A stretch of 64,000 bases of DNA, from the NCBI GenBank assembly GCA_964523675.1, contig CAZFZT010000001.1, positions 4,450 to 68,449 of the forward strand. The letters are read 5' to 3'. The notes below the pieces were generated by a model. That model had not been told where the DNA came from and ran no database searches. It saw only the letters and a program-made list of their open reading frames with translations. The stretch comes from an uncultured Isosphaeraceae bacterium. GTDB lineage: Bacteria > Planctomycetota > Phycisphaerae > Phycisphaerales > SM1A02. A program made the position numbers and the translations under genes. Each line of letters opens with the position of its first letter. Within the stretch, counting starts at the first letter, position 1. Of this stretch, positions 29,244 to 38,341 are shown one piece after another.

Positions 29244-29807
29244 ATGCGATTGTTCAGTCTCATCCTGGGTTCCTGCGCTGCGATGCTCATGTTCTGCACC
29301 GGATGCGACGTGCAGCCAGTGCGAGAAGAGCCGGAGCCGGCACCGCCGCCATCCCCTTGGCGCAGTGACCGAACGATCGCGGTGCCTGCGGGTGACCTTG
29401 ACGAAGCGCTCGAAGCGGCCATCGCACAGGCGCAAGAGACAGTTAATGGTGCAAGGCAACAATGGGAGACGACGCCCGAATCCTTGCGATCGCGATGGGC
29501 AATCAAGTGGGCGGCTCCGACGGCTGACGGCGGTATCGAATACCTCTGGGTACAGCCGCTGCATTGGTCGCCGTTTCGAATCGAGGGGCTGCTGGCAAGC
29601 GATCCAGTGAACGAATTGCACACCCCATTCGCTCGAAATGAAGAGACCCCGCTCAGCTCCGGCGATCTTGTGGCGCTGCCTATCGAGCAGCTTGCGGATT
29701 GGGTGCATTTCCTTGAAGGCGATCCTGACGGGCCGCGTGAAGGCGGGTTCACAATCGAGGCGCTGGAATCTCGATTCGGCAAGCCGCCGGAGCGCGATCA
29801 GAATTGA
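29244..29807 (+). CDS. Lipoprotein with a DUF2314-like domain
   Basis: Lipobox-like signal MRLFSLILGSCAAMLMFCTGC. C-terminal ...IEYLWVQPLHWSPFRIEGLLASDPV... resembles DUF2314. Confidence 0.55.
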   Translation: MRLFSLILGSCAAMLMFCTGCDVQPVREEPEPAPPPSPWRSDRTIAVPAGDLDEALEAAIAQAQETVNGARQQWETTPESLRSRWAIKWAAPTADGGIEYLWVQPLHWSPFRIEGLLASDPVNELHTPFARNEETPLSSGDLVALPIEQLADWVHFLEGDPDGPREGGFTIEALESRFGKPPERDQN

Positions 29808-31843
29808 CGTTCTTGCCGGGCTGCGGCACTCGGGTGAGCCGGCAACTCCAGGGCCGCAGCGTGTTCGTCAACGCGCTGCTTGATGTCTTCGCTCATCGTG
29901 ATGATCGGCGGGTAATCGCGCACCGGCTGGCCGTGATTGTCATCGCCGGGCAGCTTGCGCGTGGCGTCGAAGGCGATGCGGCCGCCTAGCCGGTAGAGAT
30001 CGCGCCCGGGATCGGCATTGGCGGTGAGGTGGAAGAAGACATCGCGCCAATCTGCGAGACTACCGGGATGATCAATGACGATGATGAAGTCGGCCGCTGA
30101 ATGTTGCGGATCATCAAGGAGAGCTTCGAGTGCGCGGCAGCCGTCCTTTGCATGATGCTTAGCAATCTGCGCGAGAAGGAGGCGGCCGCCAGCGAAGGAT
30201 GGCTTTGCGATTCTTATGTTCTCTGAACCCCAGGGATGGGAATCCCTGGGCTTTGGCTCCGCATCGTTCTGCGCGCGAGCAATCATGGTCACCTCTTCAC
30301 CCGCAATCTTGCGCGTTGCGTCGAAGCCGATCTTGTGGCCCGCTCCAAGCCGCGGCGAGGCGTGATCGAGAATATCCAGCGGGCCGTTGACGAGTTCCAC
30401 ATCACGCGCAAACTCGCAATGCTTGAACAGCGCGCGCAGCACCGCCTCCTCATCGTGCACGTTCACATCGTCATCAACAACCACAATCATCTTTGTCCAC
30501 GCCATCTGGCCCGCGCCCCACACCGCGTGCATGACACGCCGGGCCTGCAGCGCGTATTGCTTTCTGATCCTGATGAACGCACAGTTGTGAAAGCAGCCGA
30601 ACATCGGCAGGTGGTAGTCCTCAATGTCATGAACGATGGTCTTCAAGAGTGGCAGGAAGATGCGCTCGGTTGCCTTGCCGAGGTAGTAGTCCTCCTGCGG
30701 CGGCAGGCCGACGATCGTCGTGGGATACACCGCATCGCGACGGTGCGTGATCGCGCTCACTTCCACGATCGGATAACGGTCCGGCATCGAGTAATACCCG
30801 GTGTGGTCGCCAAAGGGGCCTTCGAAGACGGCCGAAGGCCCGAGCGGTTCACCGCTCCGCGGGTCGAAGCCAATCTCGCGGCACTCCGTGCTCACCCAGC
30901 CCTCGATCAGAATCTCAGAGTTTGCAGGCACCCACAGCGGCACGGTCTTCGCGCGCACAAGCGGAATGCCGCGCCCGTTGAGGAAGCCGGCCATGAGCAG
31001 TTCGCTCATTCCCGGTGGCAGCGGCGCGGTCGCAGCGTAGGGCAGCACGGGCTCGCCGCCCAGACAAATCGCAATCGGCATCGGCTTGCCTTTACGCTTC
31101 CACGATCGCCAGTGATTCGCGCCATCGTGATGAATGTGCCAGTGCATCGCCAGGCGCGTCTTGTCAATCAACTGCGCGCGGTACATGCCGATGTTGTGGC
31201 TCGCCGGCTTCGCTTCACCTTCATCATCGGCATGAATCGTGTGCATGCCCGCGAACGTGATGTAACGCCCTTCACCCGCAGCAGTTCCCGCTTGTTCAGG
31301 CGATACGTCATACCCAACCTTCCGCGGATCGCCATCAAACGGCCAGCACTTGATCAGCGGCAACCGCGTGAGATCAACTTCTCCCCGGCCCCCGGATGTG
31401 AGTTTCACGACTTCCTGACAGATGCCCTTCTTCACGCGCTTCGGCGGTATGCGCAGCAGCGGCAGCAGTTCGCGCCCCTTTGCGAACATATCACCAATCG
31501 AGCGAGGCGGCTGCAACTTCACCAGCGAGCCGATTCGCCTGGCAATACTCTCAAAATCGCAGCCCAGCGCCATTTCCATCCGCCGGTACGAGCCGAACAC
31601 GTTGATCGCCAATGGAAAGTCGCACCCTTCGATGTTCTCGAAGAGGAGCGCCTTGCCTCCGGAGGCGAAGTGGTCGGGATCGAAGGCCCGCGCATGCTCG
31701 CTGAGAGTGGGGGGAGCCGCCTTCGAGTGCCGATCCGCGATCTCGCTTACTTCCAGAATGGGCGAGACCGGCCGGGTGATACGGTGCAGCTCTCCGGCAG
31801 ATTCAAGGGCGTCAAGGAAGTGTTGGAGCGTGGGGAAAGTCAT
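29798..31843 (-). CDS. UbiD-family (prenylated-FMN dependent) decarboxylase, menaquinone/ubiquinone biosynthesis type
   Basis: MTFPTLQHFLDALESAGELHRITRPVSP..., ALLFENIEGCDFPLAINVFGS, long conserved core. Trimmed to ATG 31843. Confidence 0.88.
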   Translation of the reverse strand: MTFPTLQHFLDALESAGELHRITRPVSPILEVSEIADRHSKAAPPTLSEHARAFDPDHFASGGKALLFENIEGCDFPLAINVFGSYRRMEMALGCDFESIARRIGSLVKLQPPRSIGDMFAKGRELLPLLRIPPKRVKKGICQEVVKLTSGGRGEVDLTRLPLIKCWPFDGDPRKVGYDVSPEQAGTAAGEGRYITFAGMHTIHADDEGEAKPASHNIGMYRAQLIDKTRLAMHWHIHHDGANHWRSWKRKGKPMPIAICLGGEPVLPYAATAPLPPGMSELLMAGFLNGRGIPLVRAKTVPLWVPANSEILIEGWVSTECREIGFDPRSGEPLGPSAVFEGPFGDHTGYYSMPDRYPIVEVSAITHRRDAVYPTTIVGLPPQEDYYLGKATERIFLPLLKTIVHDIEDYHLPMFGCFHNCAFIRIRKQYALQARRVMHAVWGAGQMAWTKMIVVVDDDVNVHDEEAVLRALFKHCEFARDVELVNGPLDILDHASPRLGAGHKIGFDATRKIAGEEVTMIARAQNDAEPKPRDSHPWGSENIRIAKPSFAGGRLLLAQIAKHHAKDGCRALEALLDDPQHSAADFIIVIDHPGSLADWRDVFFHLTANADPGRDLYRLGGRIAFDATRKLPGDDNHGQPVRDYPPIITMSEDIKQRVDEHAAALELPAHPSAAARQERQF

Positions 31844-31850
31844 TGACAGC

Positions 31851-31995
31851 AGGCACGTAGGCACGAAGGCACATAGGGATGAGCGGACGAGAGGCAGTGT
31901 AATGCAGCGCTGTGCAGTCCCCGCCTGGCGTCCGATGAAAATGCAATCCTCGAAAAGCGTATAAACTGCCGACCAATTCCCTTCGTGCCTCTGTG
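31851..31995. repeat. Octamer arrays forming inverted arms across a divergent intergenic region
   Basis: AGGCACGT AGGCACGA AGGCACAT AGGGATGA at 31851-31882. AGGCACGAAGG (31859-31869) is the perfect complement of 31980-31990. The right arm ends in ...CCTCTGTG, the same CACAGAGGCAC word as at 3847. Confidence 0.7.
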
Positions 31996-32000
31996 ACCCC

Positions 32001-33005
32001 ATGTCCTACACCATCGACCTGCACGATGTAAAGAAGACCTACCGCGGCAAGGTGCATGCGCTGCGCGGCATCCAGATGCAGGTGCATCCCGGTGAGGTCT
32101 TCGGCCTGCTTGGCCCCAACGGCGCGGGCAAATCCACGCTGGTCAAGATCATGATGACCGTCGTCCGGCCGACGCACGTCACCGGCACCATGCTCGGCCA
32201 GCGCATCGGCCACAAACCAACCCTCGCGAGAGTTGGCTATTTGCCGGAACACCACCGCATGCCGCGTTATCTGACCGGTCGGCAGGTGATCGATTTCTAC
32301 GGCTGGCTGGCGAAGGTCGATCGCACCACGCGCAGGAAGCGCGCGGACGAACTGCTCGCCACCGTCGGCATGACCGAATGGGCGGACAAGAAGATCAGTT
32401 CCTACTCGAAGGGCATGCTTCAGCGCATTGGTCTTGCGCAGGCGCTGGTGAATGATCCTGATCTGGTGGTGCTTGATGAGCCGACGGACGGCGTTGATCC
32501 GGTCGGACGGCGCGAGATTCGCGATGTGCTCGTGCAACTGCGCGAGCAGGGCAAGACGGTGTTCCTCAACAGCCATCTGCTGAGCGAACTGGAGATGGTC
32601 TGCGACCGCGTGGCGATTCTGGTGCAGGGGCAGGTGTCCAGCCAGGGCACGATTGAGGAGTTGACGGCTGAGAGCAGGCGATACGAGATTGAGGTGGAGG
32701 GCGACGTGCCCCGCGATGTGGTTGAGCGGTTTGAAGGCGCGCGGCTGGCGGAGAAGGTGAACGGCCGGAGCAAGTTGATCGTGAAGGGCGCGGAAGCGGA
32801 GCGCGTGCAGCCGATCCTGGATGCGCTGCGTCAGCGGAACATGGTGATTGTGTCGGTGAAGCCGATGCGCGAATCGCTGGAGGATCTGTTTATGCGGGCG
32901 GTGACTGATCCGGTGACGGGTAAGGCGCACAAGCCCGGCGCGAAGATTGATCGCAAGGACCAGCCGGCTGTGCCGCCCGTGCAGCGAACCGGAGGTGCTG
33001 CATGA
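32001..33005 (+). CDS. ABC transporter ATP-binding protein (ABC-2 type)
   Basis: Walker A GPNGAGKST, signature YSKGMLQRIGLAQAL, Walker B LVVLDEPTDGVD. Confidence 0.9.
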   Translation: MSYTIDLHDVKKTYRGKVHALRGIQMQVHPGEVFGLLGPNGAGKSTLVKIMMTVVRPTHVTGTMLGQRIGHKPTLARVGYLPEHHRMPRYLTGRQVIDFYGWLAKVDRTTRRKRADELLATVGMTEWADKKISSYSKGMLQRIGLAQALVNDPDLVVLDEPTDGVDPVGRREIRDVLVQLREQGKTVFLNSHLLSELEMVCDRVAILVQGQVSSQGTIEELTAESRRYEIEVEGDVPRDVVERFEGARLAEKVNGRSKLIVKGAEAERVQPILDALRQRNMVIVSVKPMRESLEDLFMRAVTDPVTGKAHKPGAKIDRKDQPAVPPVQRTGGAA

Positions 33006-34129
33006 GAGTCCTGTTTACGATTCTGCTCGACCAGTATCGGGAATTGAGTTCGCGCAAGATATTCTGGCTCTCGCTCATCCTCTCGCTGCTTCTGGTTGTT
33101 GCGTACGCATCGATCGGGTTCTCGGAGTCCGGCGTCTCGGTCCTTTTCGGGCTCTACTCCTTTGAGAGCGAGTTCATTAATACGGAGACCCCGCTTGCCA
33201 ATGTGCTGTATCGAGGCATTTTCGTTTCGTTCATCGTCGGTATCTGGCTGGCATGGGCGGCGACGATCCTTGCGCTCGTTTCCACTGCGAGCATCTTTCC
33301 GGATCTCGTCACTGGCGGCTCGATTGACCTGATGCTGTCGAAGCCGGTGTCGCGGCTGACGATCTTCGGCGCGAAGTACCTTGCAGGGTTGCTGTTTGCG
33401 ATACTGCAAGTGACGTTGGTTTGCGTGGGCGTGTTCCTCGCGCTGGGATGGCGGCTGGGCGACTGGAACTGGGCGACGTTTGTCGCCATCCCTATCGTGG
33501 TGATCTTCTTCAGTTACCTCTTCTGCGTGAGCGTGCTTGTTGGATTGGTATCAAGGTCGGCGATCACTGCGCTGCTGTTGGCGTTTCTTTTCTGGTTCCT
33601 CATCTTCAGCGTGCAAGCCGCTGAGAGCATCATGCATGCTATGAAGATGGAGATGGTTGTCTCTGTCGAGCGGCAGCAGACTGAATTGAATGCCGTCCAA
33701 GCGCGCCTCGATGGGCTCGAGAGTGCAAGTGATGCCGAGAATCTTGAGCGGCAATTGCAACAACAACTCACAACCGCCCAACAGCGGCTCGATCAGGAGC
33801 AGCAGACTCTCGACAAACTCGATCCATGGCATCGGCGCGTCGAACTGATTCTTTTACCCTTGCCCAAGACAGGCCAAACGATCGGGTTGCTCGACCGCTG
33901 GCTGGTTCGTGAGGGTGACATCGGCATGCAGGATCTGATGACCGGGAACTTCCAGTTCAATAATGAGGGTGAGATCGTGCCGTCGCGGCCACCCGAAACC
34001 GACGCCCAGCGAAGACTTCAGGAAGCATATGACGCCAAGTCCATCTGGCACATCGTCGGCACATCACTCATCTTCGAGGCCGTCGTACTCCTGCTCGCCG
34101 GCTGGATCTTCGTGCGGCGCGACTTCTAA
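33002..34129 (+). CDS. ABC-2 type permease with an internal coiled-coil insertion
   Basis: 4-nt overlap with the ATPase gene. Multiple TM helices. Gln/Leu-rich coiled segment (ERQQTELNAVQARLDGLES...QQRLDQEQQTLDKL). Confidence 0.7.
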   Translation: MRVLFTILLDQYRELSSRKIFWLSLILSLLLVVAYASIGFSESGVSVLFGLYSFESEFINTETPLANVLYRGIFVSFIVGIWLAWAATILALVSTASIFPDLVTGGSIDLMLSKPVSRLTIFGAKYLAGLLFAILQVTLVCVGVFLALGWRLGDWNWATFVAIPIVVIFFSYLFCVSVLVGLVSRSAITALLLAFLFWFLIFSVQAAESIMHAMKMEMVVSVERQQTELNAVQARLDGLESASDAENLERQLQQQLTTAQQRLDQEQQTLDKLDPWHRRVELILLPLPKTGQTIGLLDRWLVREGDIGMQDLMTGNFQFNNEGEIVPSRPPETDAQRRLQEAYDAKSIWHIVGTSLIFEAVVLLLAGWIFVRRDF

Positions 34130-34134
34130 GCGCC

Positions 34135-34149
34135 GAGCGGAAACCGCTC
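34135..34149 (+). terminator. Possible short terminator hairpin after the ABC permease
   Basis: GAGCGG-AAA-CCGCTC followed by a CT-rich tract (ATCTCCTTCTCTTT). Confidence 0.35.
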
Positions 34150-34204
34150 ATCTCCTTCTCTTTGCCCTCTCCGCGCACTCCGCGATCTTAGCGGTGAACC
34201 TGCT

Positions 34205-37200
34205 CTACTGCCTGCCGCGCCCTTGGGTGATGTTGATCGTATCGCGGCGCATGTTCCACACGGCGCGTTGGGCGTGCATTGGGAAGGCCGAACCGGCGGT
34301 GCGGATCGTAATATCGCGATCCGCTGCGGCCACGAGTTGCGCGACGCCGCCGCCGACGTTGTAATCGAACTCGCCGCAGTTGATCGTGCGATGATCGGTG
34401 ACAATCTCGACGGTTCCCGCTGCCCGCACACGTTCGAGTTCCGCAGAGCCGCCGAAGTCAAGATCGCCCCGCCGCGCTTCTTCACTGCCGCGCACGGCCG
34501 TGGCGGCAAGTTCATCGCACATCACTGTCGAAATCTGCTCGTCAAGGTCGCGATGTCGAAGTCGCACATTGCGCGTGGCGATCAAGTCGAAGATGTTGTC
34601 AAGACGTCGTTTGAGTTCGAGTTTTCCGTCCCACGTGAGCATGGTCGAGCCCTTCGCGCCGAATGGCGCGGGGTCATCGCCTGCGCGCACCGGCGCGACA
34701 TCATGGATGAGCAGGTGGCCGTCACCGACAACAAGCGCTTCACCGGTCAGCGCGTGGTACTCCACATGATGGCCTGCCACGTAGAAAATGCGCGGCTCCG
34801 CATCGGCGTCGCGCGCTTCGATACTGTCCCATGATTGCGACTCAATCTTCGCATCCTGCCGCGCAACGAGCATCGCCAACTGCCGCTGCCTGCCACCCAC
34901 GATCGGCTGAGCATCACCCAACAACCGCACGTGCTCCTTGCGGCCCTCTGATTCTTCGTCTTTCCTTCGCTCCTCCGCCCCTTCGCCCCTTCGCCCCTCT
35001 CCTATCACAAACGCAAACTCCAACGTCAGCGCATCACCGGTCATCGTATTGTGTTCAGTTGGAGAAGGGTCGGACATGACCGACACATCGCCGCGAAGAT
35101 CGATCGATCCTGCGCCGTCATTGGCTTGATTGTGAAAGAGCATCTCGCGCAGCCAGCGGGCGCGGACTTCCATCGGGTTCTTCTCATCATCGATCGCCGG
35201 GCGCTCAACGCGTGATGGCCGCTCATCAGGATTGACCTCGCGCTGTGGCATGATCTGATTCTGAAATAGCCGGAACTGGCCGGCTCCGGGCACACTCGCC
35301 ACACCCTTCCTGCGATCGAGCGTGATGCGACGGGCTTGATCGATGATCATGCGATCGCTCACGACCGCGACGCTGCCGATGTCGGGCGAAGTGAGTTCGA
35401 TGGTTTCACTGACACCGTTACCTGAGAGGCGGTCTGCGAAAACGCGCGTGCCGTCCGCAAGGATGACCTGCACATTTCGCTCGGCGATGAAGTCTTCGAC
35501 ATCCGCGCCCCGGCCGCGCAGAAGCCCGCCCATCCCTTCATCCTCTGCTTCTGCGTCATCCAGCGCGGCCGTCGATTCACGGAAACTCACGCGCAGGGCG
35601 TCGGCCCAAATCGTCTGCTCCTCATCGAAAGCCAGCACGTCGCCTGTGGCGACGAGCATTTTCGGAATGGTCTTTCCCGCTGTTGTCTGTTGAAGATTCA
35701 ATTGCAAATCGGCGCATCGAATGGCGGAGCGTTCGAGCATTCCGGTGACGTTGACATCGCCGGTGGCGTGGACCGATTCAATGGCATCAGACCCACCCTG
35801 TTCTGCGAAGGCGACAGCCATCTGATCAGCGGTCATATTGAATTCGGGGCTGGTGATGTTGACCGCGCCTTTGAAATGTGCATTTGAAATGCGGTCGCCT
35901 TCATCGTCGAATTGCAGATCAACGCCTCCCTCCCAGGTGATGTGCAGTTCAGGTTCCTCTCGCGGCTCTGGCGGCGCCTCACGACGTGCAACGCGCTGAG
36001 GCAGCGGATCGTCAGCAGCACACGCCAACGCAAACCACTCCTGATCAGCACGATCGCGGCGACTCATCCAACCATCGCCGTCGAATCCACCTTCTGCGTC
36101 CAGCTGCGCGAGATAGAAGCGCTCGCCGCCTGCTTCCATTTCAGGCGTGTTCACGCGCAGCGGATGGCCGGGCGAACCAACGAGTTCGATCACTCCGCGA
36201 TCGGTTTGGTAGACGAGCGTTCTGCCGAGCGCCTGTGATTGCTTGCCGAAATCACACAATTGAACCGGCCGGCCAGTGAGTTCCAATCGGGCGTCTTCCG
36301 CTCGAGCCAGAGCGCGGGAAGAATCACGCAGCGGCTGGATCGTGAGCGGGCCGCCTGCGCGGACGAGCGTGATGTTTTCACCGAGGAGCGACTCGATGCC
36401 GCCGGCACGCGGTTGAGTCACTGGGGAGAGTGAGCCGAGCGTCATCGCCGTGAGGGCTGCGCGAAGGTTGAATGATCGTCTGGCGGCGGGGCTGGGGGCG
36501 GCCGATGAGTGCGCGAGCGCAGAGGTGATTGACGGGGGCAGGAACGCAAGCGGGGAATCAAGCGATTCGGATTTTGAGGTAAAGATCAGTTCGAGGCGGT
36601 CACCAGATGCGGTGCGGCGGGCGGCACGCGTGCCTTCATCGATCCGAACGTTGTCCTGTAACGTCAAGAGGTAGAAGCGCGAATCGGCAGCGTCAGCGCT
36701 GTGAGAGCCCCCTGAAGACGGCTCGGAACGCGACGCAGCCAGCGAAGCTGTGCGCGAATAAAACCCTTGTGCCGAACGTGCTGAAGAGTACGACCGGGTC
36801 GATCGCTCTCGATCTTCACGTACGAAGCGGATGTACTCGACCTTGGCGAGGGTAATGCGAACTTCATCGTGTTGATCGTCGATCAGAATACTCAGCCGAT
36901 CACCGGGCATGGTGAAATTGGGCCCTTCGATGAGGACGCCGCCGCCTGCGCTAATCTCGCCGAGGAAGTTCTCGAATGACGCCTCGGCTGTATGCATGGT
37001 CATTGCCGGTTCATCGTGTTCCGGGTCGATGGGCTGACCGGGTTCATAGTCAAAGACCCTGACCACGACGTTTCCGGTTACGGTCCCTTGCTCGACAGCC
37101 CGCTGCGGGGCGTACGTGAAGGCGGTATCTCCGGCGATGGAAATGATGCGATCGTCGGAGAAGATTTCCATGCGCGGCTGAGTCATCTCCAGCCATCCAG

Positions 37201-37570
37201 GCCCCATGCCGTCCGGCGCTGGATCAAGTGCCTCGCAGCGGTATCGCTGTGCCGGTGTGCCATCGCTGTTGTGCGTTTGGATCCAGCCACGCTGAGCGCG
37301 AAGCGGCTGCATTCGGTCACCGGCTTGAGCGAGGTCAGCGTCGGTCAACGGGCTGGGCGGCGCGATGAGCTCGATGATCTGCTCATCAGTGAGGTGCTTG
37401 CTGCCGCGCGGCTCCTGATCGATATTCAATATGACAATGAGCAGCAGCGCTGCGACGATGCCGCCGCAAGTGAGAATCAGAAGTGGCTTGCTCGGGCCAG
37501 TGCGAACGGGGGGAGGTGCGCCGTCGTCGAGAAGCTGTCTACGCGGTGTGTCCATGTCGATTCTCACCAA
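34205..37570 (-). CDS. Giant (1121 aa) membrane-anchored protein built of repeated OstA/LptA-LptC-like beta-jellyroll modules
   Basis: Single N-terminal TM (PLLILTCGGIVAALLLIVILNI). There are at least 8 recurrences of the LptA/LptC-type pattern (e.g. ISIAGDTAFTY...GTVTGNVVV, VHATGDVNVTG, AERNVQVILADGTRVFADRL, LRGDVSVMS...MTGDALTLEF, VRAAGTVEIVTDHRTINCGEFDY). It sits directly downstream of kdsC, as lptC-lptA do in E. coli. Confidence 0.6.
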   Translation of the reverse strand: MVRIDMDTPRRQLLDDGAPPPVRTGPSKPLLILTCGGIVAALLLIVILNIDQEPRGSKHLTDEQIIELIAPPSPLTDADLAQAGDRMQPLRAQRGWIQTHNSDGTPAQRYRCEALDPAPDGMGPGWLEMTQPRMEIFSDDRIISIAGDTAFTYAPQRAVEQGTVTGNVVVRVFDYEPGQPIDPEHDEPAMTMHTAEASFENFLGEISAGGGVLIEGPNFTMPGDRLSILIDDQHDEVRITLAKVEYIRFVREDRERSTRSYSSARSAQGFYSRTASLAASRSEPSSGGSHSADAADSRFYLLTLQDNVRIDEGTRAARRTASGDRLELIFTSKSESLDSPLAFLPPSITSALAHSSAAPSPAARRSFNLRAALTAMTLGSLSPVTQPRAGGIESLLGENITLVRAGGPLTIQPLRDSSRALARAEDARLELTGRPVQLCDFGKQSQALGRTLVYQTDRGVIELVGSPGHPLRVNTPEMEAGGERFYLAQLDAEGGFDGDGWMSRRDRADQEWFALACAADDPLPQRVARREAPPEPREEPELHITWEGGVDLQFDDEGDRISNAHFKGAVNITSPEFNMTADQMAVAFAEQGGSDAIESVHATGDVNVTGMLERSAIRCADLQLNLQQTTAGKTIPKMLVATGDVLAFDEEQTIWADALRVSFRESTAALDDAEAEDEGMGGLLRGRGADVEDFIAERNVQVILADGTRVFADRLSGNGVSETIELTSPDIGSVAVVSDRMIIDQARRITLDRRKGVASVPGAGQFRLFQNQIMPQREVNPDERPSRVERPAIDDEKNPMEVRARWLREMLFHNQANDGAGSIDLRGDVSVMSDPSPTEHNTMTGDALTLEFAFVIGEGRRGEGAEERRKDEESEGRKEHVRLLGDAQPIVGGRQRQLAMLVARQDAKIESQSWDSIEARDADAEPRIFYVAGHHVEYHALTGEALVVGDGHLLIHDVAPVRAGDDPAPFGAKGSTMLTWDGKLELKRRLDNIFDLIATRNVRLRHRDLDEQISTVMCDELAATAVRGSEEARRGDLDFGGSAELERVRAAGTVEIVTDHRTINCGEFDYNVGGGVAQLVAAADRDITIRTAGSAFPMHAQRAVWNMRRDTINITQGRGRQ
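34953..35000. repeat. Octamer tandem array inside the giant Lpt-like CDS
   Basis: ...CGCTCCTC CGCCCCTT CGCCCCTT CGCCCCTC on the plus strand, which reads GAGGGGCG AAGGGGCG AAGGGGCG on the coding strand. It encodes the low-complexity GEGRRGEGAEERRKDEESEGRKE. Confidence 0.7.
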
Positions 37571-37674
37571 GAGCGGGTTTCAGAACTGAGGCCGCGAAGT
37601 GTGACTTTTGATACACGCATTGATGGTCACCTCGGTCGGTTCCTTGCTGTGCGCATTCGCGCTCATCAGCAGTG

Positions 37675-38190
37675 TCACTCCTCAAAGAGCGAGATGGCCT
37701 CGTTCCACTGATCGCGGGCGTCGAGCAGGTGTTCGATCGCTTCCCTGACTGCGCCGTGGCCGCCGGTTTTTTTGGTGGTAAAGGCGGCGACCGCTTTGAC
37801 TTCGGGGACGGCGTCGGCGACGGCCATAGGATAGCCGCAACGGTTGAGAAGCGGCAGGTCGGGCAGGTCATCGCCCAGCATCGCCGCCTCCGAGGCGTGC
37901 AGACCCAGCCGCTCGAGCAGATCAAGAAAGCACTTGCCTTTTTCCTTGACGCCCTGGAAGACGTAGGGCACAGCGAGTTCATCAGCGCGGTGCCGCAGGG
38001 CGAGGCCGGACCGGCCGGTGATGATGGCGACGTCGTACCCGAGCCGAAGCCAGACGCGGATGCCGGTGCCATCGCGCACGTGAAATCGCTTGGTCTCAAC
38101 GCCCTGATCGTTGATGTTGATCGAACCATCAGTCAGAACGCCGTCAGCGTCAAGACAAAGCAGTTTCACATTGGCGGCGGCTTCGATCAT
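37675..38190 (-). CDS. kdsC: 3-deoxy-D-manno-octulosonate 8-phosphate phosphatase
   Basis: HAD motifs LLCLDADGVLTDG, VRDG.GI, ITGR, GDDLPDLP. Length is typical of KdsC. Confidence 0.9.
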   Translation of the reverse strand: MIEAAANVKLLCLDADGVLTDGSININDQGVETKRFHVRDGTGIRVWLRLGYDVAIITGRSGLALRHRADELAVPYVFQGVKEKGKCFLDLLERLGLHASEAAMLGDDLPDLPLLNRCGYPMAVADAVPEVKAVAAFTTKKTGGHGAVREAIEHLLDARDQWNEAISLFEE

Positions 38191-38195
38191 CGGGA

Positions 38196-38341
38196 GGAGC
38201 TAGGAGCTAGGGATTCGAGATGAGGCGTTCAGGATATACACTATCCGGAACACATCGAGAGCAAGAAGGCGAGCAGCCGTCTCTCTCGGCGACCTAACTT
38301 AACTCCTAACTCCTAACTCCTGGCTCCTAACGCCTAACTCC
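38196..38341. repeat. Heptamer arrays forming imperfect inverted arms
   Basis: Left arm GGAGCTA GGAGCTA GGGATTC GAGATGA GGCGTTC (38196-38230). Right arm CCTAACT TAACTCC TAACTCC TAACTCC TGGCTCC TAACGCC TAACTCC (38293-38341). Read on opposite strands, both are GGAG[C/T]TA arrays. Confidence 0.8.

Noticed and set aside
30236-31846. 536-aa ORF on the plus strand
   Set aside because: It is fully antisense to the well-supported UbiD-family gene. The translation is Arg/His/Ala-rich with no motifs, a typical high-GC shadow ORF.
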